The notes beneath the pieces were generated by a model. The model saw nothing but the letters and a program-made list of their open reading frames with translations. It was not told where the DNA came from and ran no database searches. DNA of 53,155 bases, taken from contig JBGSIU010000039.1 of assembly GCA_041742375.1 (NCBI GenBank), positions 1 through 53,155 on the forward strand. Direction: 5' to 3'. Both the position numbers and the translations under genes were made by a program. The stretch comes from Patescibacteria group bacterium (GTDB taxonomy: Bacteria > Patescibacteriota > Microgenomatia > JBGSIU01). Numbering within the stretch: the first letter of the stretch is position 1; the number at the start of each line of letters is the position of its first letter. Shown here piece by piece: positions 34,515 through 43,501 of this stretch.

Positions 34515-35719
34515 CTGTGAAACCGGTTTATGTCCACCTCCTTACGATTGAAAGAGTTATAGATATCATTTAGTTTTGCGGCAATGCGCCGCCAATTATA
34601 TTTCTCTTCGATAATTTTCTTTGCGTTATTAACAACCTTGTCACCGTAATTTTTATCTTTTAGAATTTTTGCAGTCAGTTCTGCTAATTCTTCGGGAGTT
34701 TCGCCAATAAATGCGTGTTTCTCGTGGGCAACATTTAAGCCTTCAACTCCAAGAGAGGTTGAAACAACCGGAGTGCCGCTTGCCATCGCCTCAAGGATTT
34801 TATATCTTGTTCCGCCTCCAGACAACATTGGGGCAAGAAGAACGTCGGAGGCGGCAAATGCCAGTTTAATGTCATCAATTTCTTCCACTTGAACATTGTC
34901 GGATTGCATTTGAAGAATCTCAGATGAAGGATTTTTCCCAACAATCCAAAGATTGGCTTGTGGGCATTTTTCTTTAATTAGGGGCCAAACCTTATCACGT
35001 AAAAAAATAACCGCTTCCTTATTTTGAATCCATTTGAAATTGCCAACAAAAAGAACGGTTTTTTTTGGCGACATTTCTTTGACGATTCGAAAAAATTTCT
35101 CCGTGTCAACACCGTTAGGAACCACATCAATATTTAATTTAGGGATCTCATTATGCATTGTTTCTTTATCGGCCTCACTCATCGTGACCACTTTATCCGC
35201 CACCCGCCAATAATGTTTTTCCCACTTTTTAATTTTTTTAACATCAATCGCGAGTAATTTTTTTAGCGGCCAAAATTTAATGCTCGACACAAAACTTTGA
35301 TAAACCTTATATTCTATTGTTTGTTCAACTAAAAGGCGCGGAATCGTTATTTCCGGGATATTGCTCATAACATAAAATGTTTCCGCGTGAATTAAATCGA
35401 ATTTTTCTTTTTTCAAAATTGACGAAATTGTTTCCTGGACTTGGTTTGAAAGATACATGGTCATTAAAGCCGGATATGAGGTGAAGCCTGCTTTAAGAAT
35501 ATTTGTTGGAGAAAACGGCTTCAGTTTTTTAAAAGTATAAATTCCGCGACAAAACTTTTTTAATTCGGGAATATATTCTTTTTCGCTATCTTCCCGAATA
35601 AAGGATATTAAAGTGATATCGTGCTGATCTTTTAAATTTTTGAGAAGATTATATGTTCGGATTTGCCCGCCGGAAACAAGGGGAAACGGTAAGTAGGGAG
35701 TAATCATCAGCACTCGCAC
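34511..35719 (-). CDS. GT4 glycosyltransferase, GTG start
   Basis: PFPLVSGGQIR, VPNGVD, GGGTRYKILEAMASG. Confidence 0.92.
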   Translation of the reverse strand: MRVLMITPYLPFPLVSGGQIRTYNLLKNLKDQHDITLISFIREDSEKEYIPELKKFCRGIYTFKKLKPFSPTNILKAGFTSYPALMTMYLSNQVQETISSILKKEKFDLIHAETFYVMSNIPEITIPRLLVEQTIEYKVYQSFVSSIKFWPLKKLLAIDVKKIKKWEKHYWRVADKVVTMSEADKETMHNEIPKLNIDVVPNGVDTEKFFRIVKEMSPKKTVLFVGNFKWIQNKEAVIFLRDKVWPLIKEKCPQANLWIVGKNPSSEILQMQSDNVQVEEIDDIKLAFAASDVLLAPMLSGGGTRYKILEAMASGTPVVSTSLGVEGLNVAHEKHAFIGETPEELAELTAKILKDKNYGDKVVNNAKKIIEEKYNWRRIAAKLNDIYNSFNRKEVDINRFHS

Positions 35720-35727
35720 GGCTCGTT

Positions 35728-35821
35728 AAATTCAAAATTCAAAGTTCAAAATTAAAAATTATGGTATTTTTTTTAAATTTTTATTTGTGTTTTTGATTTT
35801 TGATATTTGATTTTTGATTTA
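35728..35821. repeat. Inverted 7-mer array
   Basis: aaattca aaattca aagttca aaattaa facing ttttgat-type arm; right arm is exact reverse complement of 37230-37272. Confidence 0.9.
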
Positions 35822-37243
35822 TATTTGGCATTTCAGCTCCACAATCACAAATTTCTCATTTTTATATATCACATTGCATTCCTCCATTATGCGCTTAGTT
35901 GGCTCATCGAAATTTGTTGACACATAATGCGTTGCTCCCAGTTTAATTTGTGGCATGACATTACTCGTATTATAAAGCAGTGGCCAACCGGCACGGTTCG
36001 TTTGGTATAAAAATGCCGTATCTCCGCCATAAGGCGCAATCACTTTCGCGTCTTTTGGCGTGATTTTATCAACTCTGCGGCCGGCTTCAACAATTTCTGG
36101 ATGATTAACGTTAAAAAAGCCTTGAACTTCATACCAAGAAAGGGCAAAGGATAAAAAAACGAAAAAGGCTGTAATTGTCAGGCGAACATATTTTTCCCAA
36201 CCGTTACCGTTTTCCCTAATAATTTTTTCTAATCCCAATCCGCACAAAATTGCCACTGTCGGCAAAATTAAAATCTGGTAATAATCGTGCCTCACATTTC
36301 CTGTTGCAAAAATAATTAAATATAAGAGGGATGACAACCCAAGTATTTCAAAGATATAATTCTTATTTTTTTTGAATAATATTCCGATTGTCAAAAAAAT
36401 AATTCCCCAATATCCCAAAATTAATTTCCCAATTCGCTCGCCAAAGAGCCATCTAAACCAGGCGCCTTTCAAGCGAATCCCATCGCCGTTTAACAGCCAA
36501 GAAGAGGCAGGAATCCCTTCGGGAAAGCGCTGAATATAAAAACGCCACAATAACAGAGGTAAAAAAGAAAAACTAAAAGCGAAAAGCGAGATGGAAAATG
36601 ATAAATTTTTATTTTTTACGTTGTGAAATATTATGTAGATAATTGGTAACCCGAAGAAGATTGCCGTAGGCTTAATTAATAATGCAATCGCGAAAAAAAT
36701 TGTCGAAATAATTAAATTTTTACGTGACATAAAATACAGGCTTCCCATGGCAAACATCACTGCGGTTGGGTCTGGTAATAAAACACGGCCGTAAAAAATG
36801 AAAAACGGCAAAAAACCATAAAAAAGCGCGGCAAAAATTCCAGACAATTCATCTGCATATTTTTTCGTGAACAGATAAATAAAAAGCATCGTTAGAATTG
36901 AAGAAAAAATTGTGATCAATCTTCCCCATATTTCAAGTTTAAACGCCGGAAAACTTAGGTAAGACAATGCCACAATTGCGTTGTAAATTGGAAATTCCAC
37001 CATCCGTAATCCTTGAGGATTTTCTTTGCCTGAAGCTACATTTGATAAATCATCATACTGAGGTTTTAGAAGATTAATGCCGTTTTTAACAAAATTCCGC
37101 GATACGGCAATTGTATCAGCCTGGCGCCAAGAATGCCAATCGGCCACAGGGTTATCAATTTTGTAGAGGCGGACTATAAATGCGCCCAAAAATAATATTA
37201 TTAAGAATAATTTTTTAATGATCAGAACCAAATCAAAAATCAA
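35819..37243 (-). CDS. GT-C (ArnT/PMT-like) integral membrane glycosyltransferase; no ATG near 5' end
   Basis: DWHSWRQADT, EFPIYN, multi-TM, RHDYYQ. Confidence 0.85.
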   Translation of the reverse strand: MIFDLVLIIKKLFLIILFLGAFIVRLYKIDNPVADWHSWRQADTIAVSRNFVKNGINLLKPQYDDLSNVASGKENPQGLRMVEFPIYNAIVALSYLSFPAFKLEIWGRLITIFSSILTMLFIYLFTKKYADELSGIFAALFYGFLPFFIFYGRVLLPDPTAVMFAMGSLYFMSRKNLIISTIFFAIALLIKPTAIFFGLPIIYIIFHNVKNKNLSFSISLFAFSFSFLPLLLWRFYIQRFPEGIPASSWLLNGDGIRLKGAWFRWLFGERIGKLILGYWGIIFLTIGILFKKNKNYIFEILGLSSLLYLIIFATGNVRHDYYQILILPTVAILCGLGLEKIIRENGNGWEKYVRLTITAFFVFLSFALSWYEVQGFFNVNHPEIVEAGRRVDKITPKDAKVIAPYGGDTAFLYQTNRAGWPLLYNTSNVMPQIKLGATHYVSTNFDEPTKRIMEECNVIYKNEKFVIVELKCQI

Positions 37244-37350
37244 ATATCAAAAATCAAAAACACAAATAAAAAACGAAAAATACTCATTTCTCATCATTTT
37301 TAATTTTTAATCTGTATTTTTGAATTTTGATTTTCGAGTTTTGATTTTTA
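37230..37350. repeat. Inverted 7-mer array
   Basis: (AAATCAA)4-cacaaataaaaa ... tttttaatctgta-(TTTTGAw)4. Confidence 0.9.
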
Positions 37351-38946
37351 TTAGTCTTTACCAAGCGCTATTAATTTAAGCGTTATTCCCGTCATTGCCC
37401 AATAAATAAACGCCACTTTGGATGCCTCAAAAACATCAATATAGCTGGCGTTTACTAATAATCCAAAGGTTCCGGCAATATATGCGGAAAGAAATGCAAA
37501 TTTAAAATCAATTTCTAATTTCTTAAGCTTCCTTCCCACCAAATACAAGCAGTAGAAAATAATTCCGAAAAATGATAAGAGTCCTAAAAGTCCTGTTTCG
37601 CCCAGCGCGCGCAAATAATCATTATCAGTTGATTCAGCCTCGGTAAACTGAGACACGCTTTCTTTTGTTAAAGTTGAATAACCTGTTCCAAGCAAAGGGT
37701 TAGTTTTAAAAGCTTTTAAGGCACGCGGCCAAAGCGCATCCAACCGAATTGCTGCCGATAAACCAACATTAAATGCTGCAGGAGAATAACCCCGTGGAAC
37801 CGCTGAATATGACGCAATTTTCTTCCCAAATTTATCAGTCGTATACGTGATAATTACTCTTTCCGGAATATCTTTTTCAACATCGGGTGGCAATTCTTTA
37901 CTCTCCGACGTTCCCGATGCCCCTTTATTAACAACCTTCGGTGGAACATCGCTTTCAACCGCAATAAGTGAAAGTTCCTGTTCAAGCGTTAAATGTTTTG
38001 GAACGTCTATTTTTACAGGCTGTTTAGCAAAACTAATAAGCGCCCATATTTGCTTTACTCCCATAATCTGTGCAAACCTTTCGTTAAGCTCGCCGAAAGA
38101 CAGCATAATAAAAAACGATAAATATATCATAAAAACGCTTCTCGTAATGATCCAAACCAAATTCCTTTTTTTAACTGACCAAATAATAATAAGAATAATC
38201 AACGCAACAATATATGAAATAAAAGAAGTTCTGGACGCGGTTAGAACCAATAGAAAAATTGAAGAAATGAAAATTATTAGAGAAAAGGCTTTTAGGATTA
38301 TATTTTTAATAAAAAGAAAGATTGAACCTGAGAAGACCAACGCCATCACAAGATATGCTGCCAAATCATAGTGCCCGCCAAAAGTCGAAACAACGCGTGC
38401 ATGTTCAGTTAAAACTAACCGCCATCCCTTTGAAAATTCGCGATTCATGGTGGAATACACTGGCCACTGAAGATATTTTTGACCAAAACCATAGATATTA
38501 ATCCCGAAAAGTGCGACAAAAAACACAATCAAAGCAATTTTAATTTGAGTTTTATTCTTAATTGATAAATAAAAAATATAAAACACGGAAAAATATTCAA
38601 TTCTGCGCATCCAATGAATCAACATTTTTCCCGAATGAAGGGGTTCCCAAAAAACTGTTTTTGTGATAATGAGCGCTGAAAGCATTGAGAAGAACCCAAT
38701 AGCTAGGTAATAAATGATCGGTCTATCAAGTGGAGTCCTGGCATTTTTAAATTTTGTTTTTAGATTTGTGAAAAAAATCAAAAGAACGGCAAACAGAATT
38801 AAAAAATCTTCAATACGCACGCGCACAATATAGCCTGGAATTAAATCAAAAAGAGGAAGCTTTGGATACAGAGGAACAAACAAAAGCAAAAAACAGCTGT
38901 AAATAAAGGTCAAATTGTCTCTAAACTTTAGAGTAAGCTTTTTCAT
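37351..38946 (-). CDS. O-antigen ligase/polymerase-like membrane protein
   Basis: RVVSTFGG, LTASRTS, NPLLGTG, TDNDYLRALGETG. Confidence 0.8.
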   Translation of the reverse strand: MKKLTLKFRDNLTFIYSCFLLLFVPLYPKLPLFDLIPGYIVRVRIEDFLILFAVLLIFFTNLKTKFKNARTPLDRPIIYYLAIGFFSMLSALIITKTVFWEPLHSGKMLIHWMRRIEYFSVFYIFYLSIKNKTQIKIALIVFFVALFGINIYGFGQKYLQWPVYSTMNREFSKGWRLVLTEHARVVSTFGGHYDLAAYLVMALVFSGSIFLFIKNIILKAFSLIIFISSIFLLVLTASRTSFISYIVALIILIIIWSVKKRNLVWIITRSVFMIYLSFFIMLSFGELNERFAQIMGVKQIWALISFAKQPVKIDVPKHLTLEQELSLIAVESDVPPKVVNKGASGTSESKELPPDVEKDIPERVIITYTTDKFGKKIASYSAVPRGYSPAAFNVGLSAAIRLDALWPRALKAFKTNPLLGTGYSTLTKESVSQFTEAESTDNDYLRALGETGLLGLLSFFGIIFYCLYLVGRKLKKLEIDFKFAFLSAYIAGTFGLLVNASYIDVFEASKVAFIYWAMTGITLKLIALGKD

Positions 38947-39808
38947 AATTTTTCAATCGTGAATTGCCAATCAAGCTAAAAATAATTATTCTTAAGATAA
39001 TCGAGATTCTAATTATCGCATTTAAAATATAGTTTTTCCATTTTACTTCATGTTTTTGAAAAAAATATTTAAGCGCTCTATATTCTCCGATAATTGCGCT
39101 GTCTGAACTCTCAGCGCTTCCCATGCCATAATGAACAATCGATGGCGTTGAAAAATATCCAATCTTATATCCTTTTTCGCGTACTCTGCGGCAAAATTCC
39201 ATCTCTTCGCCATACATAAATATTTTCTCATCAAGCAATCCGACTTTTTCAAACACATCGCGCTTAGCCAAAAAGAAAGCGCCAATAACCCAATCTACTT
39301 GATGATTATTGTTAAAAAAACTTAAGTTCGAAATCTGATACGGTTTAACAATATCTCGAATAATAGGTAAATCGTCAAGAAAAAATGCCCAAAAAAACAA
39401 ATTTAATAAAGTTGGGCCAAACCCGGCGGCTTGTTGATTTCTACCATTCGGGCTTTGAATATTAATTGTTAAAATGTCTGCCTTTTTAAGATAATTGATT
39501 GCTTTTTCCAGCGTTTTATCAAAAATAATTTTGGTATCGGAATTTAACAACAAAATTGATTTTCCTTTTGCCGCTTTTATTCCTTGATTGTTAGCTTTCG
39601 CATATCCAACATTTCTAGAATTTTGAATAATTCTGACGCGTTGAAATTTTCTTTTAATATTCTCTACGCTATTGTCTGTTGAATTATTATCAATCAGAAT
39701 TATCTCAAAATTAATTTTATGGGTATGATTGAATATTGATTCTAAACAATCAATCGTCAAATTTTTTGTGTTGTAATTAACAATAACAACGCTTAAATCA
39801 ATTCCCAT
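38921..39808 (-). CDS. GT2 glycosyltransferase
   Basis: DLSVVIVNYN, DNNSTD, LLNSD, FMYGEE; ATG 39808. Confidence 0.92.
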   Translation of the reverse strand: MGIDLSVVIVNYNTKNLTIDCLESIFNHTHKINFEIILIDNNSTDNSVENIKRKFQRVRIIQNSRNVGYAKANNQGIKAAKGKSILLLNSDTKIIFDKTLEKAINYLKKADILTINIQSPNGRNQQAAGFGPTLLNLFFWAFFLDDLPIIRDIVKPYQISNLSFFNNNHQVDWVIGAFFLAKRDVFEKVGLLDEKIFMYGEEMEFCRRVREKGYKIGYFSTPSIVHYGMGSAESSDSAIIGEYRALKYFFQKHEVKWKNYILNAIIRISIILRIIIFSLIGNSRLKNYEKAYSKV

Positions 39809-39815
39809 ATGAAAT

Positions 39816-40409
39816 TTACTGAAAAAGCTTAAATCGCCCGAGTTTATAATGAAGGTCTTTAGCTCTTCGCTCGCCAATCTCGCGAGCGGGGACACCTCCG
39901 TAGATCTTATATTCGGGAATATCGCGGCTGACAACTGCTCCAGCTGCAACAGCCGCTCCTTGGCCAATTTTTACGCCGGGAAGAATTATTGCGCGCGGAC
40001 CGATAAAAACATGATCCTCAATTATAACCGGCGCTGTTATGGGTTTAAAATCAACAGAGTTAATATCATGCTCGCTATTATAAATTAAAACTTGTGAGGC
40101 AATGTCAACATTGTTGCCAATTAATAATTTATCGCGGCCGTCAAGAAAACAATGATCTCCAATAATTGTTCCGTCCCCTATCTTGATTTTTTTTGGATCA
40201 TAAAACCTTACCCAACAGTGAATTGTTGAACTGCGCCCGATTTTTATTCCCGCCAGCCTGTAAAAAAAACGGCGCACGACATGAAGAGGAATACTCCCGA
40301 TAAAATTAAGAAGCATTAACTCGAAGTCCAAAAAATAGCTAAGTAATCTCGTCCAACTTTTTTTTATCACTTCACTGTTCGTTAACTGTTTTCCGTTTTT
40401 ATCAACCAT
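39816..40409 (-). CDS. Hexapeptide-repeat sugar O-acetyltransferase
   Basis: IKIGDGTIIG, VIIEDHVFIG, ILPGVKIG, GGVPA. Confidence 0.92.
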   Translation of the reverse strand: MVDKNGKQLTNSEVIKKSWTRLLSYFLDFELMLLNFIGSIPLHVVRRFFYRLAGIKIGRSSTIHCWVRFYDPKKIKIGDGTIIGDHCFLDGRDKLLIGNNVDIASQVLIYNSEHDINSVDFKPITAPVIIEDHVFIGPRAIILPGVKIGQGAAVAAGAVVSRDIPEYKIYGGVPAREIGERRAKDLHYKLGRFKLFQ

Positions 40410-40417
40410 ATTTATAA

Positions 40418-41527
40418 TTATACTACTGCTGACTCAATGGTTGCCAACACATTTCTTGCGCATATTTCCCAAGTGAATTTTTTAACATTTTCAAGGCCTT
40501 TTTGCCTAATTTTTTCCCGCAGATCCTTTGCGGTTAAAAGATCATTAATTTTTTCTTGCATTTCGACTTCGTTTTCCGGATTAAAATAAACAGCTGCCTC
40601 ACCACCAACTTCAGGAACACTGCTTACGCGGCTTGCGGCAACCGGCACACCGCAAGCTTGTGCTTCAAGCACTGGAATGCCGAAACCCTCATAAAGCGAA
40701 GCTAAAATATATATTTTCGCATTTTTAAGGAGATAAAAAGCTTCGGCATCGCTTATATATCCAGTAAAAATCACATCTTTTTCTAACTTCAAATCTTTTA
40801 CTGTTTTGAAGATTGGTTCATACAGCCACCCTTTTTTCCCAATAATTACAAGTTTTTCTTTTATCCCATCTTTTTTTAATTTCGCAAAAACTCTGATTAA
40901 TCTTTCATAATTTTTTCTCGGCTGCAATGTCCCAATTGCGATCAAGTATTCCCCCTTAATTTTATATTTTTCCCTAATTTCCCCGATCTCTCCTATTTCC
41001 CTGATTCCCCCGATTTTCTGGTAACCCGGATAGCAAACCTTCACATCTTCAGGTTTTTTATCATAATATTTAATCACATCGCATTTTGTCGACTCACTAA
41101 TCACGACTACTTTTTGTGCTTTTTTAACTGAATATTTTGTCCAGTTTGTTAACTGCCATAAATCATTTTTTTTGAAATACTGTGGATAAAGGAGATAGGA
41201 AACATCCATCACGGAAACAACCGAAGGTATCGGGCAAAATCTTGGTGCATAGTGAGTGGGTGTGAAAAAAACATCAAGTTTCTCGCGGTTTAAAATTAAA
41301 TTAAAAGGCAAGGCAATTTGCGTTGATAATTTTCTCGGCCAAATATATTTATAGCACCAACCTGCCCTCTCAAAAGGTAAAGTGCTCTTCGTTGGAGAGG
41401 TTAAATAAAGAAAATACTGATTTTTTTTGTCAATTTTTTCAAGCTGACAAATAACATTCAGAGCAAACTGCCCGATTCCTACCGGACTCTCCACATTTGC
41501 CTCATCAGCATTAATTCCGATTCGCAT
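40418..41527 (-). CDS. GT4 glycosyltransferase
   Basis: GTLQPRKN, SLYEGFGIPVLEAQ; SD GGAGGAGG. Confidence 0.92.
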   Translation of the reverse strand: MRIGINADEANVESPVGIGQFALNVICQLEKIDKKNQYFLYLTSPTKSTLPFERAGWCYKYIWPRKLSTQIALPFNLILNREKLDVFFTPTHYAPRFCPIPSVVSVMDVSYLLYPQYFKKNDLWQLTNWTKYSVKKAQKVVVISESTKCDVIKYYDKKPEDVKVCYPGYQKIGGIREIGEIGEIREKYKIKGEYLIAIGTLQPRKNYERLIRVFAKLKKDGIKEKLVIIGKKGWLYEPIFKTVKDLKLEKDVIFTGYISDAEAFYLLKNAKIYILASLYEGFGIPVLEAQACGVPVAASRVSSVPEVGGEAAVYFNPENEVEMQEKINDLLTAKDLREKIRQKGLENVKKFTWEICARNVLATIESAVV

Positions 41528-41537
41528 CCCCCTCCTC

Positions 41538-41607
41538 CTGTCATTCCCGCGAAAGCGGGAATCCAGTTATTTTTAATAACCGAATTCTTTCTTTCGTCAG
41601 AATAACG
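41538..41607. repeat. RS3/REP-like element, intergenic copy
   Basis: 29 nt identical to 8888-8916 plus degenerate facing half 41582-41607. Confidence 0.85.
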
Positions 41608-41611
41608 AAAA

Positions 41612-42739
41612 CTATGTGGTAATTATTTTCTTATAAATATTTTTCGTTCCCCTTGCACACTTTTCCCAACTAAACTTTTTTGCCTGCTCGTGACCTTTTT
41701 TAATATATTCCTGTCTTAATTCATTCGATTCTATAAATCTGCCCGCGGCGGCGGCTATCTCTTGAACATTTTGAGGGTTGACATAAACTACCGCCGCCCC
41801 CCCAATCTCTGGTAAACTCGAAATGTTCGAGGTAACAACTGGGCATCCAAGATTCATTGCCTCTAAAACTGGCAGTCCAAAACCTTCGTAAAGCGATGGG
41901 TAAACTAAACAGATTGCATTTACATATAATCTAACTAGATCTTTCCTTTTCACATATCCCATTTTTTTTATTCTGGATTCGTAGGTCCGGAAATTTACAG
42001 ATTCATCTTCTTTTCCCCAGCCATATTTACCAACAATCATCAGCTGAAGCCTAGAATATTTTTTTGCCAAAAGAGTAAAGGCTTCGATAGCTTTTGATAT
42101 ATTTTTCCGTGGCTCACGCGTTCCAACGAACAAAACATAATCACCGTATTGATTTTTTGTCGCCACTTCGCAAGCTACACTTTCATCTTTTCCATTATAA
42201 ACAACGTATGCTTGTTGCTCATTGAGCTTACAATGTCTTATCAAATCATTCCTACTATTTTCGCTCACGGTTAAAACTGTAATTTTTTCCCGTCTAATTT
42301 TTTCCAGTACGATCTTGAAATTGTATACTATACTTGCAATGTGCGTTTCCGGATATAAAATTGGCGTAATGTCATGAATTGTCACAACCCGCGGACAATC
42401 AGACGGCGGGATTAAATAATCCCAGCAGTGAAAAACATCAACTCTTCCAATCAACCATTCGATTTTAATCAGATTAAACCTATTCCAAACAATCTGCCAA
42501 AATGCCGGCGGCAAAGGTAAACCCACAATCCGTATTTTGTCATTGCGAGGAGCCGAAGGCGACGCGGCAATCTCGGTAATTTTATTCCGTATTTTTCCGT
42601 ATCCTCTTAAAGTTGAGTAAAACAAAACAAAGTCGTCTTCTGGGTTTTGCGCCAGCAAATGCTTAACCAGTTGTTTCGTGTACTGCCCGATTCCTGTCCC
42701 TTCATACAAGATCGGCGTGACGTCAATTCCAATTTTCAT
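41612..42739 (-). CDS. GT4 glycosyltransferase
   Basis: TIHD, GTREPRKN, PSLYEGFGLPVLEAM. Confidence 0.92.
   Translation of the reverse strand: MKIGIDVTPILYEGTGIGQYTKQLVKHLLAQNPEDDFVLFYSTLRGYGKIRNKITEIAASPSAPRNDKIRIVGLPLPPAFWQIVWNRFNLIKIEWLIGRVDVFHCWDYLIPPSDCPRVVTIHDITPILYPETHIASIVYNFKIVLEKIRREKITVLTVSENSRNDLIRHCKLNEQQAYVVYNGKDESVACEVATKNQYGDYVLFVGTREPRKNISKAIEAFTLLAKKYSRLQLMIVGKYGWGKEDESVNFRTYESRIKKMGYVKRKDLVRLYVNAICLVYPSLYEGFGLPVLEAMNLGCPVVTSNISSLPEIGGAAVVYVNPQNVQEIAAAAGRFIESNELRQEYIKKGHEQAKKFSWEKCARGTKNIYKKIITT
42538..42574. repeat. GTCATTGCGAG-type palindromic element in frame in GT4
   Basis: TGTCATTGCGAGGAGCCGAAGGCGACGCGGCAATCTC; encodes EIAASPSAPRND; GC-rich within an AT-rich gene. Confidence 0.75.
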
Positions 42740-42749
42740 ATCGCAATAT

Positions 42750-42776
42750 TGTCATTCCTGCGAAGGCAGGAATCTA
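42750..42776. repeat. RS3/REP-like element, variant copy
   Basis: TGTCATTCCTGCGAAGGCAGGAATCTA with compensatory CCTG/CAGG. Confidence 0.85.
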
Positions 42777-42788
42777 ATCCATCTATTC

Positions 42789-43448
42789 TTATAAAATATT
42801 CTTAATTTCATTTAGTGAATCAACCGCTTTCCAAGCAACTTTTTTTAAATTCTCATCAAAACAATGCACGGCAATTCCATGTTTTGTTGCCTTAAAAACT
42901 TCAATATCGTTTTCGCTGTCGCCGACAAAAACAACTTCATTAATATTTATTTTTAATCTATTTATTAAATCATTCAGTTGTTCCAGCTTCACTCCCCCTT
43001 GTTTATCGCGATAATTGATTTTTTGCAAAACTCCAGCCCTATTAAATTCTAAACTAGAATTTGAATAATAACCATCTGCTCCAATTTTTTTCGCAATTTG
43101 TTCAACATAGAGGTCGATTGCACCCGAAATAAGGTGAATATGACAGTTTTTCTTTTTAAGATATGCGATTAATCCTCTCGCTTCCTGTCTTAACTTAACC
43201 TCTAAAAAAATCTTGACGATTTTTCTTTTGGTCGCATTGCCGCCATCTTGATACATTTTTGTTAATTGCCTTTCTCCTTCTATGAAGGAAATCTTACCAA
43301 CCTTGGCCGCATGAAAAATATCCATGTGTCTTTGCGCTGAACACCCCAAACCTTCAGTTAAAATGAGCCATGACACTCCGTCAACTAATGTTCCATCAAT
43401 ATCAAAACAAACCAGTTTTATTATGTCATTTTTCTGATAAACTTTCAT
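42789..43448 (-). CDS. HAD-IB (phosphoserine phosphatase-like) hydrolase
   Basis: FDIDGTL, ISG, K, VGDSEND. Confidence 0.88.
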   Translation of the reverse strand: MKVYQKNDIIKLVCFDIDGTLVDGVSWLILTEGLGCSAQRHMDIFHAAKVGKISFIEGERQLTKMYQDGGNATKRKIVKIFLEVKLRQEARGLIAYLKKKNCHIHLISGAIDLYVEQIAKKIGADGYYSNSSLEFNRAGVLQKINYRDKQGGVKLEQLNDLINRLKININEVVFVGDSENDIEVFKATKHGIAVHCFDENLKKVAWKAVDSLNEIKNIL

Positions 43449-43501
43449 TATTACAGGTTTACTTTAATGATTTAAATCATTAAAGTATTTACGCAAAAAG
43501 A

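Larger units (their letters stand above)
32025..34554. mobile_element. 2.5 kb integrated island bounded by 9-bp direct repeat GATTGAAAG
   Basis: Repeat at 32025-33 and 34546-54; in silico excision rebuilds GT4 end NSFNHHR* overlapping GT2 start MISITLSIIIVNYN. Confidence 0.75.

Noticed and set aside
37243-37297. UGA-to-Gly recoding (code 25) to explain in-frame TGA
   Set aside because: TGA ends several clear genes (recO, PBP, rsmH, epimerases) and long ORFs have no internal TGA.
39809-39967. N-terminal extension of GT2 (similarly murE 19534-19614, DUF192 4734-4811)
   Set aside because: Overlaps the upstream gene in another frame; downstream ATGs match family starts.
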